NCBI GenBank assembly: GCA_029259775.1
Contig: JAJDEN010000056.1
Location: 8,917-72,916 of the forward strand
Reading direction: 5' to 3'
DNA: 64,000 nt
Source: Planctomycetota bacterium
Lineage (GTDB): Bacteria; Planctomycetota; PLA2; JAEUHO01
Positions 49,037 through 58,733 of the stretch are shown piece by piece (the first letter of the stretch is position 1; every line of letters starts with the position of its first letter). The notes beneath the pieces were generated by a model that was given only the letters and a program-made list of their open reading frames with translations, was not told the origin of the DNA and did no database searches. A program made the translations under genes and the position numbers.

Positions 49037-50281
49037 TCAGCCGCCCGCCTCGGCCGCAACACCCCGGCCCGCGACGAACCCGGAGGCCCAGGCCCATTGG
49101 AAGTTGAAGCCGCCGATGCGGCCGTCGACGTCGAGGATCTCGCCGCAGACGTGCAGCCCCGGGCAGACCCGCGATGCCATCGTCTCCAGACGAACCTCGC
49201 TGAGCGGGACACCGCCGGCCGTCACTTCCGCCCACGTCCAGCCGCGAGGCCCCGTCACGGGCAGCGGAAGGTCGGTGAGCGTGCGGAGCAAGGTCCGGCG
49301 CACGTCGCGCGAGAGCGTCACCCGCGGCGCCTCCGGATCGACGCCCGCCATCCGGCACAGGGTCGCGGCGAGCCGCTGCGGCATCGACGCCGCCACCGTG
49401 AACACCGGGTTCGCGCCTCGCAGATCCTGGAGCGTCGCATCCACCTCAGAAGCGGCACGGTCCGGCAGCCAGTTCACGTGCAGCGATGTCGCCGCGTCGC
49501 GCGCATGCGCGTCGATCCAGTAGCGGCTGATGTCGAGTACGACGGGCCCGCTCACGCCGAAGTGCGTGCAGAGCAGGGGCCCCTCGAACGCGTGCAGTCG
49601 CTTGCCGGTTCGTGAGCGCACCTCGAGGCGCACGGGCGTCGCAAGCCCCGGGACGCTGGTCAGGGCGTGCCCGTCCGGCAGGAGGAGGGGCACGAGCGAC
49701 TGGAAGACGTCGTCCGTGACCGTGTGGCCGAACGCGCGCACGAGAGCGTAGCCGTGGCCGTCGGAGCCGCTCTTGGGCAGGCTGCGGCCGCCGGTTGCCA
49801 GGACGAGGCGGCCTGTCCGCAGCTCGCCCTCGGGGCCGGCGAGAACGAAGCCGCCATCCTGCCGCTCGATGGTCTGCACGCGCCACGGATGGACGATCTC
49901 GACGCCCGCCTCGCGCGCGGCGCCGAGCAGCGCCTCGAGCACCGTGCGCGCCTTGTCCGTGACCGGGAACAGCTTGCCCGTCGCCTCGCGCTTGAGCTCG
50001 ACGCCCAGATCCGCGAAGAAGCGCACGGTCTCCGAGGCATCGAAGCGCCGCAGCACCTTGCGGATCGCGGGTGGGGACGAGCCGGCGAACGCGCGCTCGT
50101 CCACCTCGTGGTGGGTCACGTTGCAGCGCCCCCCGCCGGCCACGAGGATCTTCGCGCCCAGGGTCTTGGCGCCATCGAGCAGCACGACGCGCTCCCCGGC
50201 GCCCTGGCGGGCAGCTTGGATCGCGCACATGAGGCCCGCGGCGCCCGCGCCTACGATGGCGATGTCGGCTCGCTCGTGCAC
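49037..50281 (-). CDS. HI0933/BaiN family flavoprotein
   Basis: GAGAAG, GAKILVAGGGRCNVT, ATGGRSLP..GSDG, THFGVSGP, VTAGGV, GEILDVDGRIGGFNFQWAW. Confidence 0.95.
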   Translation of the reverse strand: MHERADIAIVGAGAAGLMCAIQAARQGAGERVVLLDGAKTLGAKILVAGGGRCNVTHHEVDERAFAGSSPPAIRKVLRRFDASETVRFFADLGVELKREATGKLFPVTDKARTVLEALLGAAREAGVEIVHPWRVQTIERQDGGFVLAGPEGELRTGRLVLATGGRSLPKSGSDGHGYALVRAFGHTVTDDVFQSLVPLLLPDGHALTSVPGLATPVRLEVRSRTGKRLHAFEGPLLCTHFGVSGPVVLDISRYWIDAHARDAATSLHVNWLPDRAASEVDATLQDLRGANPVFTVAASMPQRLAATLCRMAGVDPEAPRVTLSRDVRRTLLRTLTDLPLPVTGPRGWTWAEVTAGGVPLSEVRLETMASRVCPGLHVCGEILDVDGRIGGFNFQWAWASGFVAGRGVAAEAGG

Positions 50282-50366
50282 GGCGGCAGTGTAGGAGCGC
50301 GTCCGCCCGAGGCGCCCATGGCTTTTTGGCGGGATGGCGAGGTCTGGGCCCCGTCTTGAGAGGTGC

Positions 50367-50876
50367 ATGACGAACGAAGCATTGGTACGGAGGGCGCAGG
50401 CCGGGGACATCCCCAGCCGCGAGGCCCTGGCTCGGCGTTGGCTGAGCCGCGTCTACGGCGCGGCCCTGGCGCGGATGCGCAACCCTGCGGACGCCGACGA
50501 TCTGGCGCAGGAGGCCCTGCTGCGGGCCTTCCGCGGCCTCGCCAAGCTCAAGGACCCGGCCCGCTTCGGCCCCTGGCTGCTGCAGATCGTGCGCAACGCT
50601 GCACGCGATCAGTACCGCCGCCCGGCCCGCCCTACGGCGCTCGGCGAGCAGGACGGCGCGCTGGAAGACGACGGCTCCGAGCCGGCGCTCGACGGCGACG
50701 CGGTGCGCGCCTGGCGCAAGCTGCCAGGTGACGAGCGGCTGGTCACGTGGCTACGGATCATGGACGGCCTGCGCTTCGAGGACATCGCGGAGCTGACCGG
50801 GGGAGCCAAGAGCTCCGTCTACCGGACCTTCCGCAAGGGCCTCGCTCGTCTGCGAAAGGAGTTGAGTCGATGCTGA
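50367..50876 (+). CDS. ECF RNA polymerase sigma factor
   Basis: ADDLAQEALLRAF, FGPWLLQIVRN, region-4 EDIAELTG. Confidence 0.92.
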   Translation: MTNEALVRRAQAGDIPSREALARRWLSRVYGAALARMRNPADADDLAQEALLRAFRGLAKLKDPARFGPWLLQIVRNAARDQYRRPARPTALGEQDGALEDDGSEPALDGDAVRAWRKLPGDERLVTWLRIMDGLRFEDIAELTGGAKSSVYRTFRKGLARLRKELSRC

Positions 50877-52978
50877 GTTGCCACGATGTACTCGAGGCCC
50901 TGCCCGCGATCGAAACGGGCGAAGCGACCACGGGCGACGTCCGGGATCACCTCGCCACGTGCCGGAGCTGCCGCGCCGAAGCCGAAGCGGTGCGCGCCGG
51001 ACTCGACGGCCTCCGCCGCGAGCTCGCCGCCCTCGCCCCGACGCCCTTCCTCGAAGATGCGGCGCTCGAAGCGGCGCGGTCGGCGCCTGTTGCGAGCGGG
51101 CCCCAGCGCAGGGCGCTGTGGCTGCCCGCCGGCATCGCGATGGCCGCGGCGGTCGTGCTGGTCGCCATCCTCGTGCTCGCCAAGCTACCGACCGACGAGG
51201 CCACCGCGCCGGGTGCTGAAGACACGGATCCGAGCGGGCCGAGTCTCGTCGCCTACGCACCCACGGCGGCGCAGGTCGCCAAGGAACGGGCGGCACGTCA
51301 GGCGAGGGCGTCGGAGACGTACACGACGCAGTTCTACCGCCTCCCCGGTGCGCCCATGCCCGGCGTGGCCATGATCGGGCAGGTCCTCCTCACCGAGATC
51401 GGCAAGAAGCACGGCGGGATGCTCCACAAGCGGGCCCAAGCCGCGTTCCTGCAGCTCACGAACAACGGTCGCGATCGCTTCGTGACGCTCCAGCTCGGTT
51501 CACCGGGCGGCGGCGGCACGGCGTGCAAGATCCGCGCGCTCGTCAACCCGCAGTACGCCGGGAGCGTGCTCATCGAGGAGCCGTTGGCGCGCGCGCTCGG
51601 CCTGCACGAGCACGAGTTGCCCCGGACCATCACCATCGGCGGAGACACCAGCATGCGCGCCGCCGCCGCACGCGGTCACGTGCGCGTCGGCTCGTTCACG
51701 GGCGACGCAGACATCGAGGTTGTTCTCGAGGGCGGGACGATGCCGGCGGTCCCGCTCACGGGCGGCGGCGTCCCCCAGGCCTTGCGCCTCGTGATCCGGG
51801 GCGAGCGGCCGGACAGCGGGTTCGCGGGCAACGCCACCCGACTGCACCACGCGCACGGACGAGCGTTCGTCGTGGCCGACAAGACGATGAGCTGGAAGAA
51901 CCGCCCCGATGTCGACCCCGAGATCGGCATCGAGAGCCAGGGCCCTCTGAAGGCGGCGCTCAGCTTCCACGCAGGCACGTACCCCGAGTGCCTGGTGTTC
52001 CTCCCGAGCCTCGACATGGGCGGCGGCGGGACCCTCGCCTGGGCCGTGCGCATGGAGCGCGTGGCGCTCAGCCAGAAGTTCGAGCCGCGTGCGCAGGTGA
52101 CGATCGCTCGCGTCTGGCGCGGGCGCACGGCCATCCCCTCGCGGGAGAGCGTGGCGCACACGCGCGCCGACAAGGATGGCCTCGTGTCCTTCGTGCATCA
52201 GCGCGGCGAGCGCGGCCCGCTGCGCGCCCGCGAAGTCCGCAGCGACGGCAGCGTGCGCTGGCACGACCTCGTCCTCCCGGGGGACTCGACGGCGCAGCGC
52301 AAGGACGTTGCCTTCGTGCGCGTACTGCCGGACGGTCGCGTCGCCTTGCGCGGCGTCGAGTACGCCCCGTGGACCAAGAACGCGCGTGGCGTTCCCATGC
52401 AGCCGCACCAGGAGGCCGAGACGAAGCTGCGCCATGCGCTTTCCAAGGTGGCCAGCGCCGGTGGCCGCGACGCGGAGGGCGCATCCAAGGTCACGCTGTG
52501 GCTGCTCGCCTCCAAGACGACCCCCTGGCACATCGTGGAACGCGTGATGATGGCGTGCGCGCATCCCGACGTGAAACTGGCCAAGCTCAAGTTCGGAATC
52601 GACCGCAGCAAGGCCCCGGCAACCGCCTATGAGATGCCGCGCGATCGTGGCCTGGACGCTCCTCCGCTCGAGGCGCAGACGTTCACCGTGCGACTCGTCT
52701 GGAAGGGTGACGAGTTGCGCTACCGCGCCAAGGGTGACATCCCCTCCATCGAGGGCCCTTGCGACAGCAGTCTCCGCGGTTTCCCCATGCTTGACGCGGT
52801 GATCCGCCTGGCGAAGGGTGCCTTGGCCAAGGGGTACGTACTGCACGGGAAGCTGCATCCCGTCGGCGGCGTAACGAAGGACATCCCCTACGAGGTGGTG
52901 CGCGGACTCATCGCACGCATGCAGGCGTCCGGTGTGGACCAGGTCCTGATCTTGAACACCCCGCCGCGGCGGCGCTAG
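50870..52978 (+). CDS. Putative anti-sigma factor: zinc-binding HxxxCxxC domain, TM helix, large extracytoplasmic region
   Basis: CHDV...HLATCRSC, a single TM segment, overlap with the ECF stop; degenerate aspartyl-protease-like and ExbD-like segments follow. Confidence 0.72.
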   Translation: MLSCHDVLEALPAIETGEATTGDVRDHLATCRSCRAEAEAVRAGLDGLRRELAALAPTPFLEDAALEAARSAPVASGPQRRALWLPAGIAMAAAVVLVAILVLAKLPTDEATAPGAEDTDPSGPSLVAYAPTAAQVAKERAARQARASETYTTQFYRLPGAPMPGVAMIGQVLLTEIGKKHGGMLHKRAQAAFLQLTNNGRDRFVTLQLGSPGGGGTACKIRALVNPQYAGSVLIEEPLARALGLHEHELPRTITIGGDTSMRAAAARGHVRVGSFTGDADIEVVLEGGTMPAVPLTGGGVPQALRLVIRGERPDSGFAGNATRLHHAHGRAFVVADKTMSWKNRPDVDPEIGIESQGPLKAALSFHAGTYPECLVFLPSLDMGGGGTLAWAVRMERVALSQKFEPRAQVTIARVWRGRTAIPSRESVAHTRADKDGLVSFVHQRGERGPLRAREVRSDGSVRWHDLVLPGDSTAQRKDVAFVRVLPDGRVALRGVEYAPWTKNARGVPMQPHQEAETKLRHALSKVASAGGRDAEGASKVTLWLLASKTTPWHIVERVMMACAHPDVKLAKLKFGIDRSKAPATAYEMPRDRGLDAPPLEAQTFTVRLVWKGDELRYRAKGDIPSIEGPCDSSLRGFPMLDAVIRLAKGALAKGYVLHGKLHPVGGVTKDIPYEVVRGLIARMQASGVDQVLILNTPPRRR

Positions 52979-53009
52979 GCCCGCGGCACGGATTGGTTGA
53001 CCCACCCCG

Positions 53010-54749
53010 CTAGACCAAGCCCAGCACACTCCAGAGCCACGCAACGCCGGTCACGAGCAGCACGATCCCCATGAGATCAAGCACGATGCCCGTGCGGAAG
53101 ATCTCGCGCGTCGTGAACAGGCCCGTTGAGTACGCGATCATCGTCGGCGGTGTACCGATCACGAGCGCGAAGTCGATGGACGAGGCGATCGCCACGACCA
53201 GCACCAACTGCACCGGATCGACACCCAGGACGCCCGCCAGCGGAATCGCCAGCGGAATGAGCATGGCCGCGGACGCGGTGTTGGACGCGACCGCGGTGAG
53301 CCCCAGGGCCACGGCCCCCACCACGGCGACGCCGATCCAGGACGGCAGGACGCTCAGCCCCGTCAGCCTCGTCGCGAGCCAGTCCGAGGCGCCGGATTCC
53401 CCGAGGAAGATGCCGAGCGCGAGTCCGCCGCCGAAGGTGAGCAGCGCGGACCACGAGATGCGCTGCAGGTCGTCGCCCTGAAGCTTGCCGAGCAGCGCCA
53501 GCAGCACGGCGCCCCCGACCGCGATGATGCCCGTGTTGATGTGGTGCCAGGTCTGCGTGAGCCAGAGGCCCATGACGAGGACGAAGACGGCGAGCACGAT
53601 CAACTGGTCGCCCGTCATGCGGCCGATGGCCTTGCGCTCCTCGACGGCTCGCACGTGGGCCTGCTCGAACAGCTCCGGATCGACCGTCGCCTTGCTGCGC
53701 TTCCAGAGGTAGACGCCCAGCAACGGCAGGAACAGCACGACGAACGGCAGCCCGTAGGCGAACCAGTCCACGAAGGACAGCTGCCGGTCGGCGAACGTGT
53801 CCAGGAACTCGACGGCGAGAGGATTGGCGGGCGTCCCAATGGCACTGCCCACACCGCCGGCGGTGGCTGCGAAGGCGATGCCCAGGATGCAGGCCTTGCG
53901 GTAGCCCGCGCTCTCGAGGGGACGCGTCACGGCCAACGCGATGGGGATCAGAACGGCGGTCGCCGCGGTGTTCGACATCCACATCGACAGGAACGCCGCG
54001 GCTCCGATCAGCGTCGCGAAGAGCATCGCGGGGCGACGGCCGGCGTGGGCCACGATCAAGACGGCGATGCGATGGTCCAGCCGCACACGACGCATGGCCT
54101 CCGCCATCAGGAATCCGCCGAAGAAGAGCGCGATGACCGGATGGAAGAAGGGCGCGAGCGCCGCTTGCGCCGTCCCGACGTTCGTCACCACGAGCACGAC
54201 CGGGACCATGAGGGAGGTCACGAACAGCGGTACGGCCCCGGTGACCCAGAGCACCAGCACGAAGCCCAGCAGGCCAAGAACGACGCCCGTCTTGACGGGC
54301 GGCCGACGCGTCGCCATCAAGGCGCCGCGCTCGGCGTCCCACTTCATCACGGGGATCAGCTCGCGCCGACCGTCCGAGAGCACGAGCGTCAGGTCGATGT
54401 CGTCGAGTGCGGCACGTAGGAACTCGCCCTGCTCCTTCACTTGGATCCACGCCCAGGTCGGTCCGCTCGACGACACGCCGGCCGGGATCTCGACCATGAC
54501 GCGGCGGTCGCGGTCGCGCGGGTCGGCACGATCGAAGCTGAACCGCTCCCCCGTACCGATCGTGAGCGGCACGCTCACGGCCGGGAGGCCCCGGTAGCGG
54601 ATCTCGAGCGTCGCCGGCCCGTCGGTCCAGGCTTCCGGTGCGACGAGCACGCCCGCGGCGGCGAGCAGGAGGGCGCAGATCGCCGTGGCGATCTGCGCTC
54701 CGCGACCCGATGTCGGCTCGATCTCGCCCGCCCCGGCGTCCGCGTCCAT
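53010..54749 (-). CDS. DASS/SLC13 family sodium-coupled anion symporter with N-terminal extra domain
   Basis: LWVTGAVPL, LSMWMSNTAAT, IGTPAN, SNTASAA, IGTPP motifs. Confidence 0.92.
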   Translation of the reverse strand: MDADAGAGEIEPTSGRGAQIATAICALLLAAAGVLVAPEAWTDGPATLEIRYRGLPAVSVPLTIGTGERFSFDRADPRDRDRRVMVEIPAGVSSSGPTWAWIQVKEQGEFLRAALDDIDLTLVLSDGRRELIPVMKWDAERGALMATRRPPVKTGVVLGLLGFVLVLWVTGAVPLFVTSLMVPVVLVVTNVGTAQAALAPFFHPVIALFFGGFLMAEAMRRVRLDHRIAVLIVAHAGRRPAMLFATLIGAAAFLSMWMSNTAATAVLIPIALAVTRPLESAGYRKACILGIAFAATAGGVGSAIGTPANPLAVEFLDTFADRQLSFVDWFAYGLPFVVLFLPLLGVYLWKRSKATVDPELFEQAHVRAVEERKAIGRMTGDQLIVLAVFVLVMGLWLTQTWHHINTGIIAVGGAVLLALLGKLQGDDLQRISWSALLTFGGGLALGIFLGESGASDWLATRLTGLSVLPSWIGVAVVGAVALGLTAVASNTASAAMLIPLAIPLAGVLGVDPVQLVLVVAIASSIDFALVIGTPPTMIAYSTGLFTTREIFRTGIVLDLMGIVLLVTGVAWLWSVLGLV

Positions 54750-55384
54750 CACGCCGTACCCCTCCATGACGCCGACCTGAAGCCGTCCGGCAGGGCCTCA
54801 CCGCAGTGGGGACATCGCAGCGCTCTTGGCTCTTCGTCCTCGGCCGCCGGGGCCATGCGCCGGAACACGGCCGTGAGGATCGTGCCGGCCGTACCGAGAA
54901 TCGCGAAGACGCCGATCGCCCGCCACGCATCCGAGGGTGAGTTGCTGCCCAAGATCACGACCAGGAGCACCACGCTGAGCAGGGCGGTGCAGCCGATCGT
55001 AGCGGCCTGCACCCAGCGGTGCGTCGTGGCCAGCCGCACGAGGAGGAGCAGGGCGGCGTGGGCGCAGAAGCAGCCGGCGATCACGCCCGTCGCACCCAGT
55101 TTCCAGACGACCTCACCCCGTACCTCGCCCCAGATCCCGATGAAGAACAGGCCGAAGCCCACGGCGGCAGCTCCCACGCCCGGGCCGGCGAAGGCGCGGG
55201 CGCGGTTCTTCTCCCACGCGGCGGCGCAGGCCAGCGACAGGATGCTCGCTCCCGCGACACAAAGCGTGCTGAGCAACACCTTGATCTCGGTCTCGCCCAG
55301 ATTGCTGGAGAAGAGGGCCATGATGCCGAGCAGGGCACTCACGGCGACGGAGGCGATCAGGACGTAGAGGAACGAGCGGCGCAT
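54749..55384 (-). CDS. Multi-TM hypothetical protein with C-terminal CPHCG knuckle
   Basis: About six TM segments; stop overlaps the DASS start. Confidence 0.65.
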   Translation of the reverse strand: MRRSFLYVLIASVAVSALLGIMALFSSNLGETEIKVLLSTLCVAGASILSLACAAAWEKNRARAFAGPGVGAAAVGFGLFFIGIWGEVRGEVVWKLGATGVIAGCFCAHAALLLLVRLATTHRWVQAATIGCTALLSVVLLVVILGSNSPSDAWRAIGVFAILGTAGTILTAVFRRMAPAAEDEEPRALRCPHCGEALPDGFRSASWRGTA

Positions 55385-55434
55385 GGGCGGGCGACCTCCG
55401 TGCCGTAGAGTACCGGCGGCCCGAGGAGATCTCT

Positions 55435-57474
55435 GTGTCCCGACTGGTTTCCATCCGCGATCGCCTGACGCGCAACATCATCCTGGTCATCGTGCTCCTG
55501 GGCGGCGCGATCCTCGCCGTCACCTTCATCGGCAACCAGCGCGCGGTGGAATCGCTCTCGCGCTCGATCATTCGGCGCGTCAGCGACCAGACCGACGCGC
55601 GGCTTGGGCAGTTCTTCGAGCCCGTCATCAAGCAGCTCGAGATCGCCGTGCAGTGGCGCGAGAGTGGCCTGCTCGAGATAGACGACAGGGACAGCATCAA
55701 CAAGCTGTTGCTACCGCTCATGCGCAAGCATACGCAGATCTCGTCCCTGCTCATCGCGGACGACCGCGGCCGCGAGCACATGCTGCTGCGTGTGGACGGG
55801 CAGTGGCGGCTGCGGCAGACACGGCGCGACAACGCCGGGCAGCCCGTGCGCTGGTTTGCGTGGACCGACGGGGACGCGGGGCCGAAGGAACGCCCCGTCA
55901 CGAAGGCCGAGAGCGAGTACGACCCCCGCTCGCGTCCTTGGTTCCAAGGCGCCCTGGCGAAGGGCGCGGCCGTAACGAAGGGCGCGGCCGAGCTCTCCTG
56001 GACACAGCCCTACCAGTTCTTCACGACGAAGGATCCGGGCATCACCGCCGCCATCGCTCTCAAGCTCGGCGGCGTCACGCACGTGCTCGGGTTCGACGTG
56101 CTGCTCAACGACCTCTCGCGCTTCACGACCAGCGACGCACTTGTGGTCAGCGAGCACGGGTTCGTCTTCGTGACCGAGGAAGAGAGCTCGAAGGTCGTCG
56201 GCCTCCCGCGCCTCGAACGCTTCCTCTCGGACGAGGGCCGCCGCGCGGCTGTGGACAAGACCGTGGCCGAGATCGACGAGGGCGTGGTCACCGCCGCAGA
56301 CGCCGCAGCAGCCTCGGCAACAGGGAACGAACCGTTCTCGTTCGAAGCCGACGGCCAGACCTGGTGGAGCGGCGTGCGGCGATTCGCCTTGGCGCCCGAC
56401 CGGCACCTGCGCATTTCCGTGGTCATCCCGGAGTCCGACCTCGTCGGCGATCTCGCCATGCTGCGCTGGTTGATCCTGGGTGCGACGTTGCTCGCCCTGG
56501 GGGTCGCCGTGTGGCGCGCCTTCGTGCTCGCCGACCGCATGAGCGATCCCATCGAGGCCCTCGTCGCCGGCAGCGAGCGCATCCGCAAGGGCGACCTCGA
56601 CGAGGGCGCCCCCATCGAGAGCGATCTTCTCGAGGTGCAGCACCTCGCCAACTCGCAAGACCGCATGCGGGTGGGTCTCAAGATGCTGATGAAGCTCGAG
56701 CGCGATCTCCAAGTGGCACGCCAGATCCAGCAGAACACGTTTCCGGACGTGCTGCCCGGTCTCAAGGGCTTCGACGTCGAAGCGTGGAGCGAACCCGCGG
56801 ACGAGACCGGCGGCGACACGTTCGACGTCATCGGGCTGCTGGGGGGCTGGACGCGAGCGTCCATCGTGGACTCGGCCGAGGGGGATGGAAACGCCGATCG
56901 GGCCGTCCTGATGCTGGCCGACGCGACGGGCCACGGCATCGGCCCCGCGCTCTCGGCAATGCAGCTGCGCGCCATGCTGCGTATGGCGATGCGCTTGGGC
57001 GGTGATCTCGAATCGATCGCCAAGCACATGAACGCACAGCTCTGCCAGGATCTGCCCGGGGCGCGCTTCCTGACCACGTGGCTCGGCATGCTCGACATCG
57101 ACGACAACACGCTGCGTACGTTCAGCGGCGGCCAGGCACCTCTGTTGCACTACCACGCCGCGACCGACACGGTCGACTGGCTCCAGGCCGACGCACCGCC
57201 GCTTGGCATCCTGCCGAACATCCCGATCTCGATCGGGCCGCCGGTCGACCTGGCGGCCGGCGATCTCTACATCGTCTTCTCGGACGGCATCTACGAGGCG
57301 AAGGACCCCGACGAGGGGCTGTTCGGCGAGGAGCGTGTCGAAGAGATCGTGCGCGCGAACAAGCATCGGTCGCCGCGCGAGATCCTGGTCGCCGTGCGCG
57401 AGGGCGTCGAAGCCTTCGCGCGCGGCCGCCCGGCCGACGACGACCGCACGGCCGTCATCATCAAGCGTCTGTAG
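55435..57474 (+). CDS. Membrane sensor phosphatase: Cache - HAMP - SpoIIE/PP2C
   Basis: TM, YDPRSRPWF and WTQPYQF (Cache), PIEAL..ERI..GDL (HAMP), GGDTFD, ADATGHG, SDGIYE, DDRT (PP2C). Confidence 0.93.
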   Translation: MSRLVSIRDRLTRNIILVIVLLGGAILAVTFIGNQRAVESLSRSIIRRVSDQTDARLGQFFEPVIKQLEIAVQWRESGLLEIDDRDSINKLLLPLMRKHTQISSLLIADDRGREHMLLRVDGQWRLRQTRRDNAGQPVRWFAWTDGDAGPKERPVTKAESEYDPRSRPWFQGALAKGAAVTKGAAELSWTQPYQFFTTKDPGITAAIALKLGGVTHVLGFDVLLNDLSRFTTSDALVVSEHGFVFVTEEESSKVVGLPRLERFLSDEGRRAAVDKTVAEIDEGVVTAADAAAASATGNEPFSFEADGQTWWSGVRRFALAPDRHLRISVVIPESDLVGDLAMLRWLILGATLLALGVAVWRAFVLADRMSDPIEALVAGSERIRKGDLDEGAPIESDLLEVQHLANSQDRMRVGLKMLMKLERDLQVARQIQQNTFPDVLPGLKGFDVEAWSEPADETGGDTFDVIGLLGGWTRASIVDSAEGDGNADRAVLMLADATGHGIGPALSAMQLRAMLRMAMRLGGDLESIAKHMNAQLCQDLPGARFLTTWLGMLDIDDNTLRTFSGGQAPLLHYHAATDTVDWLQADAPPLGILPNIPISIGPPVDLAAGDLYIVFSDGIYEAKDPDEGLFGEERVEEIVRANKHRSPREILVAVREGVEAFARGRPADDDRTAVIIKRL

Positions 57475-58009
57475 GCGGCTGGCTTGCGGGCTTGAGGAGT
57501 CCACCAAGGAGCCCGAGGACCGTGCTGACCAAGACGAGGATCAGGCCGCCGAAGCCCGTGGTGTGCCAGTCGCACTGCTGGAAGGGCGAGTCCGGCAGCG
57601 CGACGGCCCAGGCAAAGAACGCCGTCGGCGCGGCGACCATCTCCCACTTCGGCCAGAGGGCGGGCGCCACGGGCAAGGCCTGCTCCTGCGCCTTGTACTT
57701 GGTCGCGTACACGATCCAGACCACGAAGGGGGTCGCCGCGAGGCACGTGTAGTAGAGCGTCCAGGGGGAGATCGGGGACGCCGCCGCCTGGCCGCCGATC
57801 ACGACGCCCACCGCCACGACGTAGATCGAGATGATCTCCGTCGGGATGTAGCTCATCACGACCTGCAGGGCGTCGGTCACGGCGTTCTCGGCCTGGGCGG
57901 TCGTCCCGGGCACGGCGCCGCCGAGTTCGTCCTCGTCCGGTGCCTTCATCGGGACCGGTGTGGGCTGCTTGCGCTTGCGCGCCAGGTGGGTCATCGCTCC
58001 GATGCTCAT
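57461..58009 (-). CDS. Hypothetical membrane protein
   Basis: YIPTEIISIY followed by about four hydrophobic segments; GGAG RBS. Confidence 0.6.
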   Translation of the reverse strand: MSIGAMTHLARKRKQPTPVPMKAPDEDELGGAVPGTTAQAENAVTDALQVVMSYIPTEIISIYVVAVGVVIGGQAAASPISPWTLYYTCLAATPFVVWIVYATKYKAQEQALPVAPALWPKWEMVAAPTAFFAWAVALPDSPFQQCDWHTTGFGGLILVLVSTVLGLLGGLLKPASQPPTDA

Positions 58010-58048
58010 GGACGGCTCCTCCCGCCGGCATGCCGGCGGCGGACCATC

Positions 58049-58732
58049 CTACGAAGCGGGCGCCTCGTCTGCCTCAACCCCGTCCGCGGCATCCTCCGCA
58101 GCATCATCCGTCGCTGACGACTCGCCCGGTGGGCCGGCGCGCCAGAGCGTGATCACCTCGTGGACCAGCTTGGGCACGATCAGGGCACTGAAGGCCACGC
58201 CGGCCCACATGGTCGGCACGCCGTAGATCAGGAAGCCGGCCGGAATCAGGGACAGCGTCGCCACACCACTCGCGGGGGCCTCGTCGGTGATGCCACGCGC
58301 GGCCTTGAACGCGTACCACGACGAGATCAGCACGCCCAACCACACGGGTACGAGCCAGGGCCGGAAGGTCAGCAGCGCGCCGGCTCCGGCCGCGAAGCCT
58401 TTGCCGCCGGCGATCTTGCGATGCGCGATCGACAACCAGGGGTTGAAGTTGTGGCCGCCGACCACGCCGGCCAGCGCCGCGCACTGCAGATGCAGCGGCT
58501 CCCCGTCCAGACCAAGCCGCGTCGCGGTCCAGATCGCGGCGGAGCCCTTCAGACCGTCGAGGATCATGACGACGATGCCCACCCAGGGCGAGCGCGAGAC
58601 ACGCAGCGCATTGAGCGCGCCGACGTTGTTCGAGCCGGTGATGCTCACGTCGCGATTCGAACGCAGCTGGACGATGATCCAGGCCGCGGGGATCGAACCG
58701 ATCAAGTAGGCAGCAAGGAATGCGATCGCCAT
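58049..58732 (-). CDS. plsY: Glycerol-3-phosphate acyltransferase PlsY family
   Basis: AYLIGSIP, GSNNVGALNALR, DGLKG, GHNF, GGKG.A. Confidence 0.88.
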   Translation of the reverse strand: MAIAFLAAYLIGSIPAAWIIVQLRSNRDVSITGSNNVGALNALRVSRSPWVGIVVMILDGLKGSAAIWTATRLGLDGEPLHLQCAALAGVVGGHNFNPWLSIAHRKIAGGKGFAAGAGALLTFRPWLVPVWLGVLISSWYAFKAARGITDEAPASGVATLSLIPAGFLIYGVPTMWAGVAFSALIVPKLVHEVITLWRAGPPGESSATDDAAEDAADGVEADEAPAS

Positions 58733-58733
58733 C

